In this document: positions 36,089 through 45,369 of the stretch, piece after piece
How positions within the stretch are numbered: the stretch's first letter is position 1
How the letters are laid out: every line of letters starts with the position of its first letter
From: Planctomycetota bacterium
Lineage (GTDB): Bacteria > Planctomycetota > SZUA-567 > H5-PLA8
NCBI GenBank assembly: GCA_045863855.1
Contig: BTVV01000019.1
Span: forward strand, 11,325 to 75,324
DNA: 64,000 nucleotides
Direction: 5' to 3'
Position numbers and translations under genes: made by a program
The notes under the pieces: model-generated
The model's input: only the letters and a program-made list of their open reading frames with translations
Databases searched by the model: none
What the model was told of the DNA's origin: nothing

Positions 36089-37882
36089 TTACGGCTTAAG
36101 TAAAGTGCGCACTTCCAGACCTCGATACGCGATCTTCGTCTGCTTCGACGCGAATAAGTGCAGGTTCCAGCCTTTCGCGTCGCACTTTTCCGCCTCGTCG
36201 GTGCGCAGCACCAGCACCTCGCTCGTGTAGACCCGTACCGTCGTGCCGGCGACTTCGATGCGCCAAGCGTGCGGTTTGACCGGATCGGCGTTGACGGTTT
36301 CGTAAACCCGGTTGGGCTGTCCGGGCAGATAACGGTGCAACTCGACCGCCCCCTTCTGGCCGTGCTTCAAAAAGACGCTGGGTGCCGTCGCCGAATTGAA
36401 CGGTGACCATCCGAAATGATACGCCCCGCCCTGGTGATCGACCGATACGCGCAGCTCGAAACACTCCGGCAGGGCGCGGCGCGATTGCAAATAAGCGTTC
36501 TGCTCCGCGCCTTCCCCGACGATCGCGCCTTGCTCAACCCGCCAGCGCGGTACTTCGGTGCTCCAGCCGGACAAATCCTGGCCGCTAAATATGGGGAGCA
36601 ATGCCCCCACGCTGGATTGGCGCGTGACAATCGGCATGGAAACCGGCGGCTCATCGTCCTCCGCCTCATGCGTCTTGGCCGGCTGCCCGGCCGATGGGAG
36701 AATGGCCGTCTCGGCGGGCGTGGCCTGGTTGACCGGGGTGGGAGCCGGCGCAGCCGCCGCAACAGGACCGCCCGCCGGAGCCGGAAGCGGTTCGGGCTGA
36801 ACTTTGGACGGGCCGGGATTGCGCTGAATGATCACCCACGCCACACCCACGGCCAGCACCGCGAAAGCGGCGATGAAAATCGGAAGCACGCTGAAAGCCG
36901 CGCGGACGGCCGGTCCAGGCCGCGTCGTATCGCCGATGCGCCGATCGCGCCGGATCGGTCCGCGCGTGCGCTTCGCTTGCGCCGGCAGCAACCCGAAGCT
37001 GCTCTTGCCCACCGCCAAGGCCTTCGAATCCACGCTCTGCCCCGCCGCCAGCGCCGCGAACTCGCGCGCGATCGTGCGCAGTTCCGCCGGCCGGTCGTCG
37101 CGTTCGCGCGCCGTAAGCTGTTCCAGCAGCGAGCAAAAACCGTCGCTCAATTCCGCGCGAACCGATTGCGGATGCGGCATCGTCTCGGTGAGGCGTTTGC
37201 TCATCACCACCGCCCCGGTGGGCCCCTCGAACGGGGTCCGCCCGGTGGCGGCGTGGTACAGCGTGCAGCCCAGCGCGTAGGCGTCGCAGCGCCCGTCCAG
37301 ATCCTTCGCGCCGCGAGCCTGCTCGGGGGCCATGTAATGCGGCGTACCGACCGCCGTGCCCGTCTGCGTCAAATCCGAATCCTCGCCGCGCTCGATGCGC
37401 GAAAGCCCCAGGTCCAGCAGCTTTGGCACGCCGCTGGCATCGAGCAGGATATTCTCGGGCTTCACGTCGCGATGCACGATCCCGTAGCGGTGCGCATGCG
37501 CCAGCGCATCGGCCATGGCCGCGCCGATGCGAGCGAGTTCCTTTTCCGGAAGCTTCTTGAAGCGCTCCATGAGCTGCCTGAGCGTCTGGCCTTCCACGAA
37601 CTCCATCGCAAAAAAATGCATCCCCTCGTCGCAGCCGACGTCGATGCCGGCGACGATATGCGGGTGGCTCAAGCGCGCCGTCGCGCGCGCTTCGCGCTGG
37701 AAGCGGGCGACGAAAGCGGGGTCTCGAGCCAGTTCGGGCTTGAGGAGCTTCAACGCGACCAATCGGTCCAGCGAGGTCTGCCGGGCGCGGTACACCGCAC
37801 CCATGGCGCCCGTGCCGATCAGGTCCAGCAGCTCGTAATCCCCGAGGCGGCGTCCCTGGAGTTGCGCATCCATTCCTGACAC
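36089..37882 (-). CDS. Transmembrane Ser/Thr protein kinase with C-terminal DUF1080-like domain
   Basis: IGTGAMGAVY, VALK, HRDVKPEN, DLG, GTPHYMAPEQ; TM helix; IFSGQDLSGW..WRVEQGAIVG. Confidence 0.92.
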   Translation of the reverse strand: MSGMDAQLQGRRLGDYELLDLIGTGAMGAVYRARQTSLDRLVALKLLKPELARDPAFVARFQREARATARLSHPHIVAGIDVGCDEGMHFFAMEFVEGQTLRQLMERFKKLPEKELARIGAAMADALAHAHRYGIVHRDVKPENILLDASGVPKLLDLGLSRIERGEDSDLTQTGTAVGTPHYMAPEQARGAKDLDGRCDAYALGCTLYHAATGRTPFEGPTGAVVMSKRLTETMPHPQSVRAELSDGFCSLLEQLTARERDDRPAELRTIAREFAALAAGQSVDSKALAVGKSSFGLLPAQAKRTRGPIRRDRRIGDTTRPGPAVRAAFSVLPIFIAAFAVLAVGVAWVIIQRNPGPSKVQPEPLPAPAGGPVAAAAPAPTPVNQATPAETAILPSAGQPAKTHEAEDDEPPVSMPIVTRQSSVGALLPIFSGQDLSGWSTEVPRWRVEQGAIVGEGAEQNAYLQSRRALPECFELRVSVDHQGGAYHFGWSPFNSATAPSVFLKHGQKGAVELHRYLPGQPNRVYETVNADPVKPHAWRIEVAGTTVRVYTSEVLVLRTDEAEKCDAKGWNLHLFASKQTKIAYRGLEVRTLLKP

Positions 37883-38041
37883 TTTACCCCACGTTTATCT
37901 CGGTGCGCAGGCGGAAGTACACACGGAGTTAGGGAATGCGCCGCACGAGTGAAGCACCTGTGCGGACATTCCCGCCTTGCGGCCGCACCGCCGTAGCACG
38001 ATCGCTAACTTAGGGTATGAATGCTGCGTGGAGCGAACCGT

Positions 38042-38983
38042 ATGTCCCAGCCCCTCATCGCGATTCTGCGCAACAACCTGCTGCCCTCGATCGAAGGTTT
38101 GACGCGCACCGAGCTGATCCTCCCCGATCAAGCCGGTAAACCCGCCGTGGGGCCGTGGCCGCCCGAACCGGCCGCGGGAGCCGGCGAACCGGCGGGCGCC
38201 GATCTGCCCGACGCATCGTTCGGCTACGGCGGACATGCGACGCTGGAAGTGGTCTTTGGGTTTTCGGGCCGCGCCGAATTGGTGCTCGGCGGGCAGCGCT
38301 ACATCTTGGCCGAAGGCGAAGCCGCCCTGGTCCCGCCCTACGTCCCGCACCTGGAACGCCTGGCCAGCTTGCACCAAGCCTACCACCTCATCTGGCTGCG
38401 CATCGCCACCGACCGCATCGCGATTCACGGGAGCAGCTACAGCCGCGGCAACCGCTTTCAGTTGGTGCGCGGAGCGACGGTCGCGCCCAGCGGCGCCATT
38501 GCGCGTTTCTTCGAAGGCGCGGTCGAAGAGTCCATCTCGCGCGGACCGCTCTGGTTTACGCTCGTGCGAGCGCGCATGGCCGAAGGCCTGGTCCGTATCA
38601 TTCGGCACCTCGACACCCACGGCCTCGGCCAAAGCCCCGAAGACTCGCGCCGAAATGTCATCGATGTGGCCAAATCGTTCATCCAAAGCCATTTTTCGGA
38701 AGACCTCTCGCTGGAACAGATCGCCCGGGAAGTCTACTTGAGCCCCAATTACTTCAGCTCGTTGTTCACCCAGGCTTCCGGCGTCACGGTCTTCGAGTAC
38801 CTCCAGCAGGTGCGGCTCGAAGAAGCGATGCGCCTCCTGCGCGAGAGCGAGCATTCCATATTGGGCATCGCGCGGCGCGTCGGGATTCATTCGGCTTCGT
38901 ACTTCAGCCGCCTCTTCAAACGCCATACGGGGCTCTCGGCGCGGGATTACCGGCAAAAAGCCCAATCGGGCAGCCTCAAATAG
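38042..38983 (+). CDS. AraC family transcriptional regulator
   Basis: LSLEQIAREVYLSPNYFSSLF...IARRVGIHSASYFSRLFKRHTGLSARDYR. Confidence 0.92.
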   Translation: MSQPLIAILRNNLLPSIEGLTRTELILPDQAGKPAVGPWPPEPAAGAGEPAGADLPDASFGYGGHATLEVVFGFSGRAELVLGGQRYILAEGEAALVPPYVPHLERLASLHQAYHLIWLRIATDRIAIHGSSYSRGNRFQLVRGATVAPSGAIARFFEGAVEESISRGPLWFTLVRARMAEGLVRIIRHLDTHGLGQSPEDSRRNVIDVAKSFIQSHFSEDLSLEQIAREVYLSPNYFSSLFTQASGVTVFEYLQQVRLEEAMRLLRESEHSILGIARRVGIHSASYFSRLFKRHTGLSARDYRQKAQSGSLK

Positions 38984-38992
38984 ACCGGGGAA

Positions 38993-39011
38993 CCGTAAAA
39001 TCGGTCAAGAG
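38993..39011 (+). promoter_or_regulatory. Candidate regulator-binding motif, copy 1
   Basis: CCGTAAAATCGGTCAAGAG, 16/19 identical to 45263-45281; starts 107 nt before ATG 39100. Confidence 0.5.
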
Positions 39012-39099
39012 TTTACGATGGGCTCCGAATCCGGGGCCAATTCGGTGGGGTATCTACTGGTATAGGCACGCTTTGCCGGTTCCCGAGTGGAGGTTTCGC

Positions 39100-40350
39100 A
39101 TGTCCCGCTCCTCTTCCCCGCTCCAGGCCGGCGCCGCGATGCGGACGATCAACCCGCCCTTGGGCGCGCCGCTGATCGGGTACCCCTCCGACCGCCCGAA
39201 CACGGGCATCGGGCTGGACCTGTGCGTCCGCGCGGCGCTCTTCGGTCCCGCCGGTTCCGGGACGCCGGCCTCGGCCGTCGTAGTCCTGGATACGTTGGGC
39301 GTAAGCCCCGACCTCGTGGCCGAGATTCGCGCGCTCGCCTCCGCCGCGGCGCCGGGCTTGCCCCGCGAAGCGATCCTGGTGGCGGCCACGCACACCCATT
39401 CGGCTCCGACCTTGATGCCCTTTCGCAAAGGCAACATGGATGCGCAGCCCGACCGCGCCTACCGCGCGCACGTCTTGGCCCAGATCGAACCGCTGATCCG
39501 CGAAGCCTGGAGCAACCGCGCGGACGTGACGGCGCGCGTGGGACTCACCGAGGCCAAGTGGGGCATGAACCGCCGCGTCGTGGATAAAGCCGGAAAGGCC
39601 ACGAACGTCTGGCGCGATCCGCAAGGCCGGCACCCCGGGTACTGCAATTCGAACCTCCGCTTCGCCGTTTTCGAACGCGTCTCAGACGGCAAACCCCATG
39701 TGATCCTGAATACCTACGGCTGCCATCCGGTGGTGCTGGGCGGAGGAAACACACAAGTCAGCGCCGATTACCCCGGCTACCTCGTGCGCAAGCTGGAGGC
39801 GCAGACCGGAGCGGCCTGTCTCCACCTCACCAACGCGGCGGCGCAGATCAATCCCCGCGATCCGCTGTACGACGATCCCGAACGCGCGCGGCCCATGGGC
39901 GAAGCGCTCGCCGCGGAAATTGCCGCCGCCTTGCCCTACGCGCGCCCCCTGGAAGGAACCGCCTTCGGACACGTGCGCGTCCCGCTGAACTTGAAGCTGG
40001 GGCCGGAGGCGCGCGCCAACTACAGCGCGCGGGCCAAGGACAGCAGCGACGGCCAGACCCTCGCCAGCGAAATCCAGGCGCTGAAGATCGGAGACCTCGC
40101 ATTCGTCACGGCTCCGGGAGAACTCTTCGCCGAACTCGGCGTGGCCCTGGAGAATCAGAGCCCCTTCCGGCATACCTTCGTGGTCACCTACGCGAACGAC
40201 AATCTGGGCTATCTCTTCACGGACAGCGCCTACCGCGAGGGTGGATACGAACCCAAGGGCGCGATCTCCGAAGATATCGAAGCCCCGCTGCTGGCCGCCG
40301 GCCGCGCGGCCCTGGAAACCGCTTACTCGCACGCCGCACAAGGAGCCTGA
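39100..40350 (+). CDS. Neutral/alkaline ceramidase N-terminal-like metallo-amidohydrolase
   Basis: ATHTHSAP, NRR, YGCHPVV, SADYPG, PGELF; GGAGG RBS. Confidence 0.85.
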   Translation: MSRSSSPLQAGAAMRTINPPLGAPLIGYPSDRPNTGIGLDLCVRAALFGPAGSGTPASAVVVLDTLGVSPDLVAEIRALASAAAPGLPREAILVAATHTHSAPTLMPFRKGNMDAQPDRAYRAHVLAQIEPLIREAWSNRADVTARVGLTEAKWGMNRRVVDKAGKATNVWRDPQGRHPGYCNSNLRFAVFERVSDGKPHVILNTYGCHPVVLGGGNTQVSADYPGYLVRKLEAQTGAACLHLTNAAAQINPRDPLYDDPERARPMGEALAAEIAAALPYARPLEGTAFGHVRVPLNLKLGPEARANYSARAKDSSDGQTLASEIQALKIGDLAFVTAPGELFAELGVALENQSPFRHTFVVTYANDNLGYLFTDSAYREGGYEPKGAISEDIEAPLLAAGRAALETAYSHAAQGA

Positions 40351-40353
40351 ACC

Positions 40354-41721
40354 ATGCGACCGCTCGCGCTGCTGCTGGCCTTCTCCCTTCCCGCGTTGCA
40401 CGCCTACGACGCGCCGAAGATCGACGACGAGAAAGATCGCCAGGTGCTCGCCGGGTTCCTGCAGCACACGGCCAAGGTCACCGATACCCTCACGCCCGAA
40501 TACGCCAAGACGCAAGCCGCCAAGGACCCCGAAAGCTACTGCTGGATTGTGCTCAAGTATCAGAAGATGCCGCTTACGGCTTACCACCTCACCGGCGACG
40601 CGAAGTACCTCGACCAGTTCGTCGCCTGCTTCGCGAACCTGCAAACCGCACTGACCCAAGACGCCAAAGGGTTCAAAGGCTGGTACGGCAAGCCCCTCCC
40701 GATCTTCCAGAATCCCGATCAGCCGGACTTGATGCTGGATGTGATCATCACCAGCTTCAGCGCGGTCAAAATCCTGAGCGAGTTCATCGAAACGATCGAC
40801 GCCGAACCCGCGCTCAAGGAAAAGTTCGCCAAGGAACGCGCGGCCTACCTCGACCTGATGGAAAACCACCTGGTCAAGAAGTGGGAATCGCGCGGCAGCT
40901 ACGTGGACCTGGGCGCGACCGGCGCGATCTACCGCGGCAATCCGGAATTGCGGGCGACCAAGGCGCTGCTCACCATGCCGCACAACAAGCACGAGATCAT
41001 CGCCGCCGGGCTCTTGGCGCTGCACCGCGTCACCGGCAACGCCGAGTACCTCAAGAAGGCCATCAAGCTCGGCGTGCGCTTTAAGCACTGCCTCTCGATC
41101 AAGGACGGCGCGTACGCCTGGAACTACTGGGATCCGGCCGGCGCCTGGGACATCGACACCGCCGATGCGGCCAAGTGGAAGCACTGGATCGGCGTCGAAC
41201 ATAAGGGCGGCTACTACGCCGCTTCGCTCACCCTCGCTGTCCTCCTGCACCATCACGGCTTGGTCTTCGATGCCGAAGATATGAAGCGCTTCGTCAAGAC
41301 GCAGACGGAGAAAGCCTGGAACGGCGACTTCGAGAATCCCAAGTGGGCCCGCTGCGACGGCACCACCTCCGAAAAATACATGCAGGGCGCGTACATGTGC
41401 GGTTCCCTCGCCCCGTTCGACGAACGCATCGCGAAGTTCTGCTTCGAAGGCGCGCGCCAGGAAGAACGCGTCAAGAACGCCAATCACGGCTGGCAAGGCG
41501 GCATCGTGGCCTCCGGCTACCTCGAAGGCAAGTACGTCACCCGCCCGCAGGCGCTGGGCGGCAAGCAGGTTCACAAGGAAGTCGGCGAGCGCTTCCGGGC
41601 GAACTCGGAGCACGCCGCGTGGCTGAAGGACCTGGAGTTCAGCGTCGAAGGCGCGGGCTATGTGCCGCCCAAGACGCCGCCCGAATTCAAAAATCTCCCC
41701 GCCGAACCGGCGGCGAAATAA
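40354..41721 (+). CDS. Secreted hypothetical protein, probable alpha/alpha-toroid fold
   Basis: Signal peptide; AYHLTGDAKYL and LHRVTGNAEYL helical hairpin motifs; WNYWD. Confidence 0.75.
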   Translation: MRPLALLLAFSLPALHAYDAPKIDDEKDRQVLAGFLQHTAKVTDTLTPEYAKTQAAKDPESYCWIVLKYQKMPLTAYHLTGDAKYLDQFVACFANLQTALTQDAKGFKGWYGKPLPIFQNPDQPDLMLDVIITSFSAVKILSEFIETIDAEPALKEKFAKERAAYLDLMENHLVKKWESRGSYVDLGATGAIYRGNPELRATKALLTMPHNKHEIIAAGLLALHRVTGNAEYLKKAIKLGVRFKHCLSIKDGAYAWNYWDPAGAWDIDTADAAKWKHWIGVEHKGGYYAASLTLAVLLHHHGLVFDAEDMKRFVKTQTEKAWNGDFENPKWARCDGTTSEKYMQGAYMCGSLAPFDERIAKFCFEGARQEERVKNANHGWQGGIVASGYLEGKYVTRPQALGGKQVHKEVGERFRANSEHAAWLKDLEFSVEGAGYVPPKTPPEFKNLPAEPAAK

Positions 41722-41766
41722 CCGGATAGTCGCGGTTCTAAATCCAAGCGAAAGGAAGGGCTTCGT

Positions 41767-43176
41767 ATGAATGCTCAGCGCACCGTATTGCCTTTGCTCC
41801 TGGCCCTGGCGTGGCCGGGACTGGGAAGCGCGTCCGATGCCGCTCCGGAGGCGCCCAAACTCGAAGCCCTGGAGCAACGCGCTTCGATCGAAAAGGACGG
41901 GATCACCTGGACCTTCGAACAGCCCGCGCGCGTCGGGCGTTTCGTCACCGGCGACTGGTACGTCGTCGGAGCCGCGACGGTCGTCAAGATTGATCCTGCG
42001 CCTACCGACGAACGCAACAACTCCGCGCTCAATCTACCGGCCGACGAATACAGCGCCGGCGCGAGCCCCTTCGACAGCCGCGTCGAACAGGGCCGCGGCC
42101 AGAAAGGCCTGAAGCTGCGCGCCAAGCTCCCCATTGCGCTCAAACCCGGCGATGCGCTCATCTCGTCCATCAGCACCGAAATCCGCTCGCTGCCCAGCCC
42201 GCTGCGCGAAAGCGACAAGAACATCAGTCCCGTGGGCAGCGTCTCGATCCTCACGTGCCTCAAGGAACCCGCGCCCCCCGATGCCTTCCGGCCTTCGTAC
42301 TGCGATCGCGGCCAGAAGCTGTATTTCGCGCGCGACCTGAAACGCGACCTCCTTCCCGCATTGGAGCGCACGCCCTCCGCGCCGAAGATCGAGGATTTCG
42401 CCAAGCTGTATGCGCGGCCGTGGCTGGACGTCTGCTTTTTCAGCTTCGATGCGCCCGCGCTTTACCAGCCGCAGTACGGACGGGAACTCGGACGCGCCGC
42501 GGGCATGGGCGCGCTGCTGCTCTGCTCCAATTTCACCCCCGCCGAAAAGGAACCTCTCTTGATCGGCTTCGTCCAGCGCGGCATCGACCTGTGGGGCATC
42601 GCGCGCGCCGGATACGGCGGCTGGCAGGCCCACGGCGGGCACGGCAGCGGCCGAAAGCTCCCCCTCGTCCTCGCCGGCATCCTGCTGGGCGATACCGAGA
42701 TGGCGCAGCCCAACAAGACGCTCCCCAATCTGCGCTTCGGCGAAGACATGCAGACCATGTACGACGAAGGTTGGACCGGGGCGAAGGCCGTCTACGCCGG
42801 CCACGTCGGCAAGGACGGCGTGCCCGGCAAGCCCGACTGGGGGCGCTACGAGCACCTGCCTCCCGCACAGTGGCCCGGCGATCTGGGCGAAAGCTACCGG
42901 CGCTGCTGCACCAGCCTCGCCTGGGTCGGCCAGGCCCTGGCCCTGCGGCTTCTTAAGGCCCAGCCGCAATGGGGTCACGACGCCTTCTTCGATTACGTCG
43001 ACCGCTGGATGACCGAGGACGACACCCAGGCGCTGGAAGAAATCAAGAAAGGCCGCGGCAGGGACTACACCGCCGACTGGTCGCGCCAGCGCCAATGCTG
43101 GGATAAATTTGTCGAAGAAATGTGGAGTAAATACCGCAACCTGAAGCCGGATGCTGCCGGCAAGGCGGGTGAATGA
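41767..43176 (+). CDS. Secreted hypothetical protein
   Basis: Signal peptide; aromatic/His-rich motifs (QPQYGRE, GGHGSGRK, YRRCC, FFDYVDRWM). Confidence 0.78.
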   Translation: MNAQRTVLPLLLALAWPGLGSASDAAPEAPKLEALEQRASIEKDGITWTFEQPARVGRFVTGDWYVVGAATVVKIDPAPTDERNNSALNLPADEYSAGASPFDSRVEQGRGQKGLKLRAKLPIALKPGDALISSISTEIRSLPSPLRESDKNISPVGSVSILTCLKEPAPPDAFRPSYCDRGQKLYFARDLKRDLLPALERTPSAPKIEDFAKLYARPWLDVCFFSFDAPALYQPQYGRELGRAAGMGALLLCSNFTPAEKEPLLIGFVQRGIDLWGIARAGYGGWQAHGGHGSGRKLPLVLAGILLGDTEMAQPNKTLPNLRFGEDMQTMYDEGWTGAKAVYAGHVGKDGVPGKPDWGRYEHLPPAQWPGDLGESYRRCCTSLAWVGQALALRLLKAQPQWGHDAFFDYVDRWMTEDDTQALEEIKKGRGRDYTADWSRQRQCWDKFVEEMWSKYRNLKPDAAGKAGE

Positions 43177-44030
43177 TGAATTCGAGCGCCTCCAAGGAAA
43201 CGCGCAAGCGCACGGTTCGCTTCGAGCCCGCGCCACGTACGCCCGAACAGAAGGCTTTCGTCTCCGCCTTCGAGTTCGAAGCCCCCGGCGCGCCGCGCTT
43301 GGCGCAGCTTCGCGAACGCTACGCGCTGGATGCCTTGATCTCGCCCGGTTGCGGCGAAATGGAAAAGCTGCGGCTCCTGAGCGACTGGACCTACGAACGC
43401 TTCCGCATGTTCGGCCGGCCCTCGGCGAAGACCGAAGACGCGCTGGAAATCCTCGAGCATTGCGCCGCCGGGCACACCTTCTACTGCGCGCATTACGCCA
43501 TCGTGATGTGCGCCGCGGCCACGGCCCTGGGCTGGCACGCCCGCGTGCTCAGTCTGCGCCGCGCCGACTATCCCGACCGCGTGAGTAACCACAACATCGT
43601 CGAGCTTTGGTCGGCCGAACACGCCAAGTGGATACTCTGGGATCCCACGCTCAATTTCTCCCTCGAACGCCGCGGCGTTCCGCTCAATGCCTACGAAGCC
43701 GCGCGCGCCTGGTTCCGCGACGACGGCGCGGAGCTGGATATCCTCGTGGGTCCGCAGGCCAAACGCTGCGCCAAGGCGGATCTGCCCATCGAGTACCGCC
43801 ACTATCCGAATTTCGGCTGGCAGAAGCTTTCGGAACGCGGCATGAACAGCTTCGCCTGCCTCGCGTATGTCCCCACCAACCGGCTCCTGGGCGCTTACCC
43901 CGGTCGAACCATCGAGCATTGGGCCGACTGGCCCGGCATCCACGTGATCGAGACCGCGTTGCAGCCGGACTGGACGGAACAGGCCGAATTGTTGGCGCCC
44001 TACTACCCCGTGACCGGAAGAGAATCGTGA
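43173..44030 (+). CDS. Transglutaminase-like domain protein
   Basis: Cys-His-Asp triad: FYCAHYA..LGWHAR, NHNIVELW, KWILWDPT. Confidence 0.85.
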   Translation: MMNSSASKETRKRTVRFEPAPRTPEQKAFVSAFEFEAPGAPRLAQLRERYALDALISPGCGEMEKLRLLSDWTYERFRMFGRPSAKTEDALEILEHCAAGHTFYCAHYAIVMCAAATALGWHARVLSLRRADYPDRVSNHNIVELWSAEHAKWILWDPTLNFSLERRGVPLNAYEAARAWFRDDGAELDILVGPQAKRCAKADLPIEYRHYPNFGWQKLSERGMNSFACLAYVPTNRLLGAYPGRTIEHWADWPGIHVIETALQPDWTEQAELLAPYYPVTGRES

Positions 44031-44056
44031 ACCGCCACTCGCGAGGATCGTTCATC

Positions 44057-45253
44057 ATGCTCCGCTTCGTCTGGCTGCTGCCGCTGGTTCTCTGCGGCCT
44101 CTCGCACGCGCTCCTTTCCGCCGAGGCGGTCAGATCGGTGGAGATTGGAGCGCAGCGCGAACTGCGCGTGAACGGGCAGCCGTTTTTTCCGATCATGTCC
44201 TGGGCGCAGGCCACGTCCCGGTTCCAAAAGCTGAAAGATCTGGGCTTCAATACCTTTTGCGGCAGCGGCAAGACCGCGAAAGAAGCGCTGGATGCCGCGC
44301 AGGCCGCCGGCGGACTCGCGTTGGTCCATGCCAGCGCCTTCGATTCCGGCATCAAAGGCCACCCCGCCCTGCTGGGATACGCCCTGCGCGACGAGCCCGA
44401 CATGGGCATCGGCAAGGGTACGCCCAAAGTATCTGCAGAAGAGATCGCTAACTGGCGCAAGACCATTGGCGAACAGGATCCCAGCCGGCCGGTCTTTCTG
44501 AATTTTACCGCAGATTTCATGCAGGAATTCTTCGGTAAGAAGCCGGACGTCCAGGCCTACTACGCCGCCGCGGCAAAGTCCGCCGATATCCTCTGCTTCG
44601 ACATCTATCCGATTTACCAGCAGAACCGCGACGACCGGCTGATCTGGGTGGCCGAAGGCGTCAGCGATTTGCGCACGCTGGCCGGTCCCGCCAAGCCCGT
44701 CTGGGCTTGGATCGAAACCAGTAAGGGCAGCAAGTGGATCACCTACGAGCGCCAGAAGGACGTCACACCCGAGATCACCCGCGCCGAAGTCTGGATGGCC
44801 GTCATCCGCGGCGCCACCGGCATCGGTTTCTTCACGCACGCATGGCGGCCGTCCTTCAGCGAGTTCGCCCCCGGCGAAGCCATGCAGGCCGAACTGAAGC
44901 GCACCAACGAACAGCTCGCCCGGCTGGGGCCGGTCCTTCTCGCGGCGCAGACCGCGCGCAAAGCCGCCGTCGCTTTCGATTCCAAGCAGCCCGGCGAGGT
45001 TTTGCTGCGCGAGCACGACGGTTGGGTCTACCTCTTCGCGAACAACCTGGATATGCAGGACCTCGGCGCGCGCAAGGACGACGTCAAAGCCACCTACCGC
45101 GGCGGCAGCGCCACCCTGAGCGTGGATGGTCTCACGGCCGGCACGGAGATCGAAGTCGTCGACGAGAACCGCTCGATCCAGGCCCAGGCCGGATCCTTTA
45201 GGGACGACTTTAAGCCTTTAGAGGTGCATATTTACCGCTTCAAGCAGCCGTAA
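44057..45253 (+). CDS. Secreted glycoside-hydrolase-like protein
   Basis: Signal peptide; VNGQPFFPI, LGFNT, DEPD, FDIYPI, KPVWAWIE, GATGIGFF. Confidence 0.7.
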   Translation: MLRFVWLLPLVLCGLSHALLSAEAVRSVEIGAQRELRVNGQPFFPIMSWAQATSRFQKLKDLGFNTFCGSGKTAKEALDAAQAAGGLALVHASAFDSGIKGHPALLGYALRDEPDMGIGKGTPKVSAEEIANWRKTIGEQDPSRPVFLNFTADFMQEFFGKKPDVQAYYAAAAKSADILCFDIYPIYQQNRDDRLIWVAEGVSDLRTLAGPAKPVWAWIETSKGSKWITYERQKDVTPEITRAEVWMAVIRGATGIGFFTHAWRPSFSEFAPGEAMQAELKRTNEQLARLGPVLLAAQTARKAAVAFDSKQPGEVLLREHDGWVYLFANNLDMQDLGARKDDVKATYRGGSATLSVDGLTAGTEIEVVDENRSIQAQAGSFRDDFKPLEVHIYRFKQP

Positions 45254-45262
45254 CCCGACAGT

Positions 45263-45281
45263 CCATAAAATCCGTCAAAAG
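45263..45281 (+). promoter_or_regulatory. Candidate regulator-binding motif, copy 2
   Basis: CCATAAAATCCGTCAAAAG; starts 107 nt before ATG 45370. Confidence 0.5.
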
Positions 45282-45369
45282 CGCCCCCTCTATTCCAAAG
45301 AAAGTGCAGCCGCTCCGGAGGTATCTTCCCTCAAGTGGAAGCTAGCCGTTCAACCCGGAGACCGCTCGC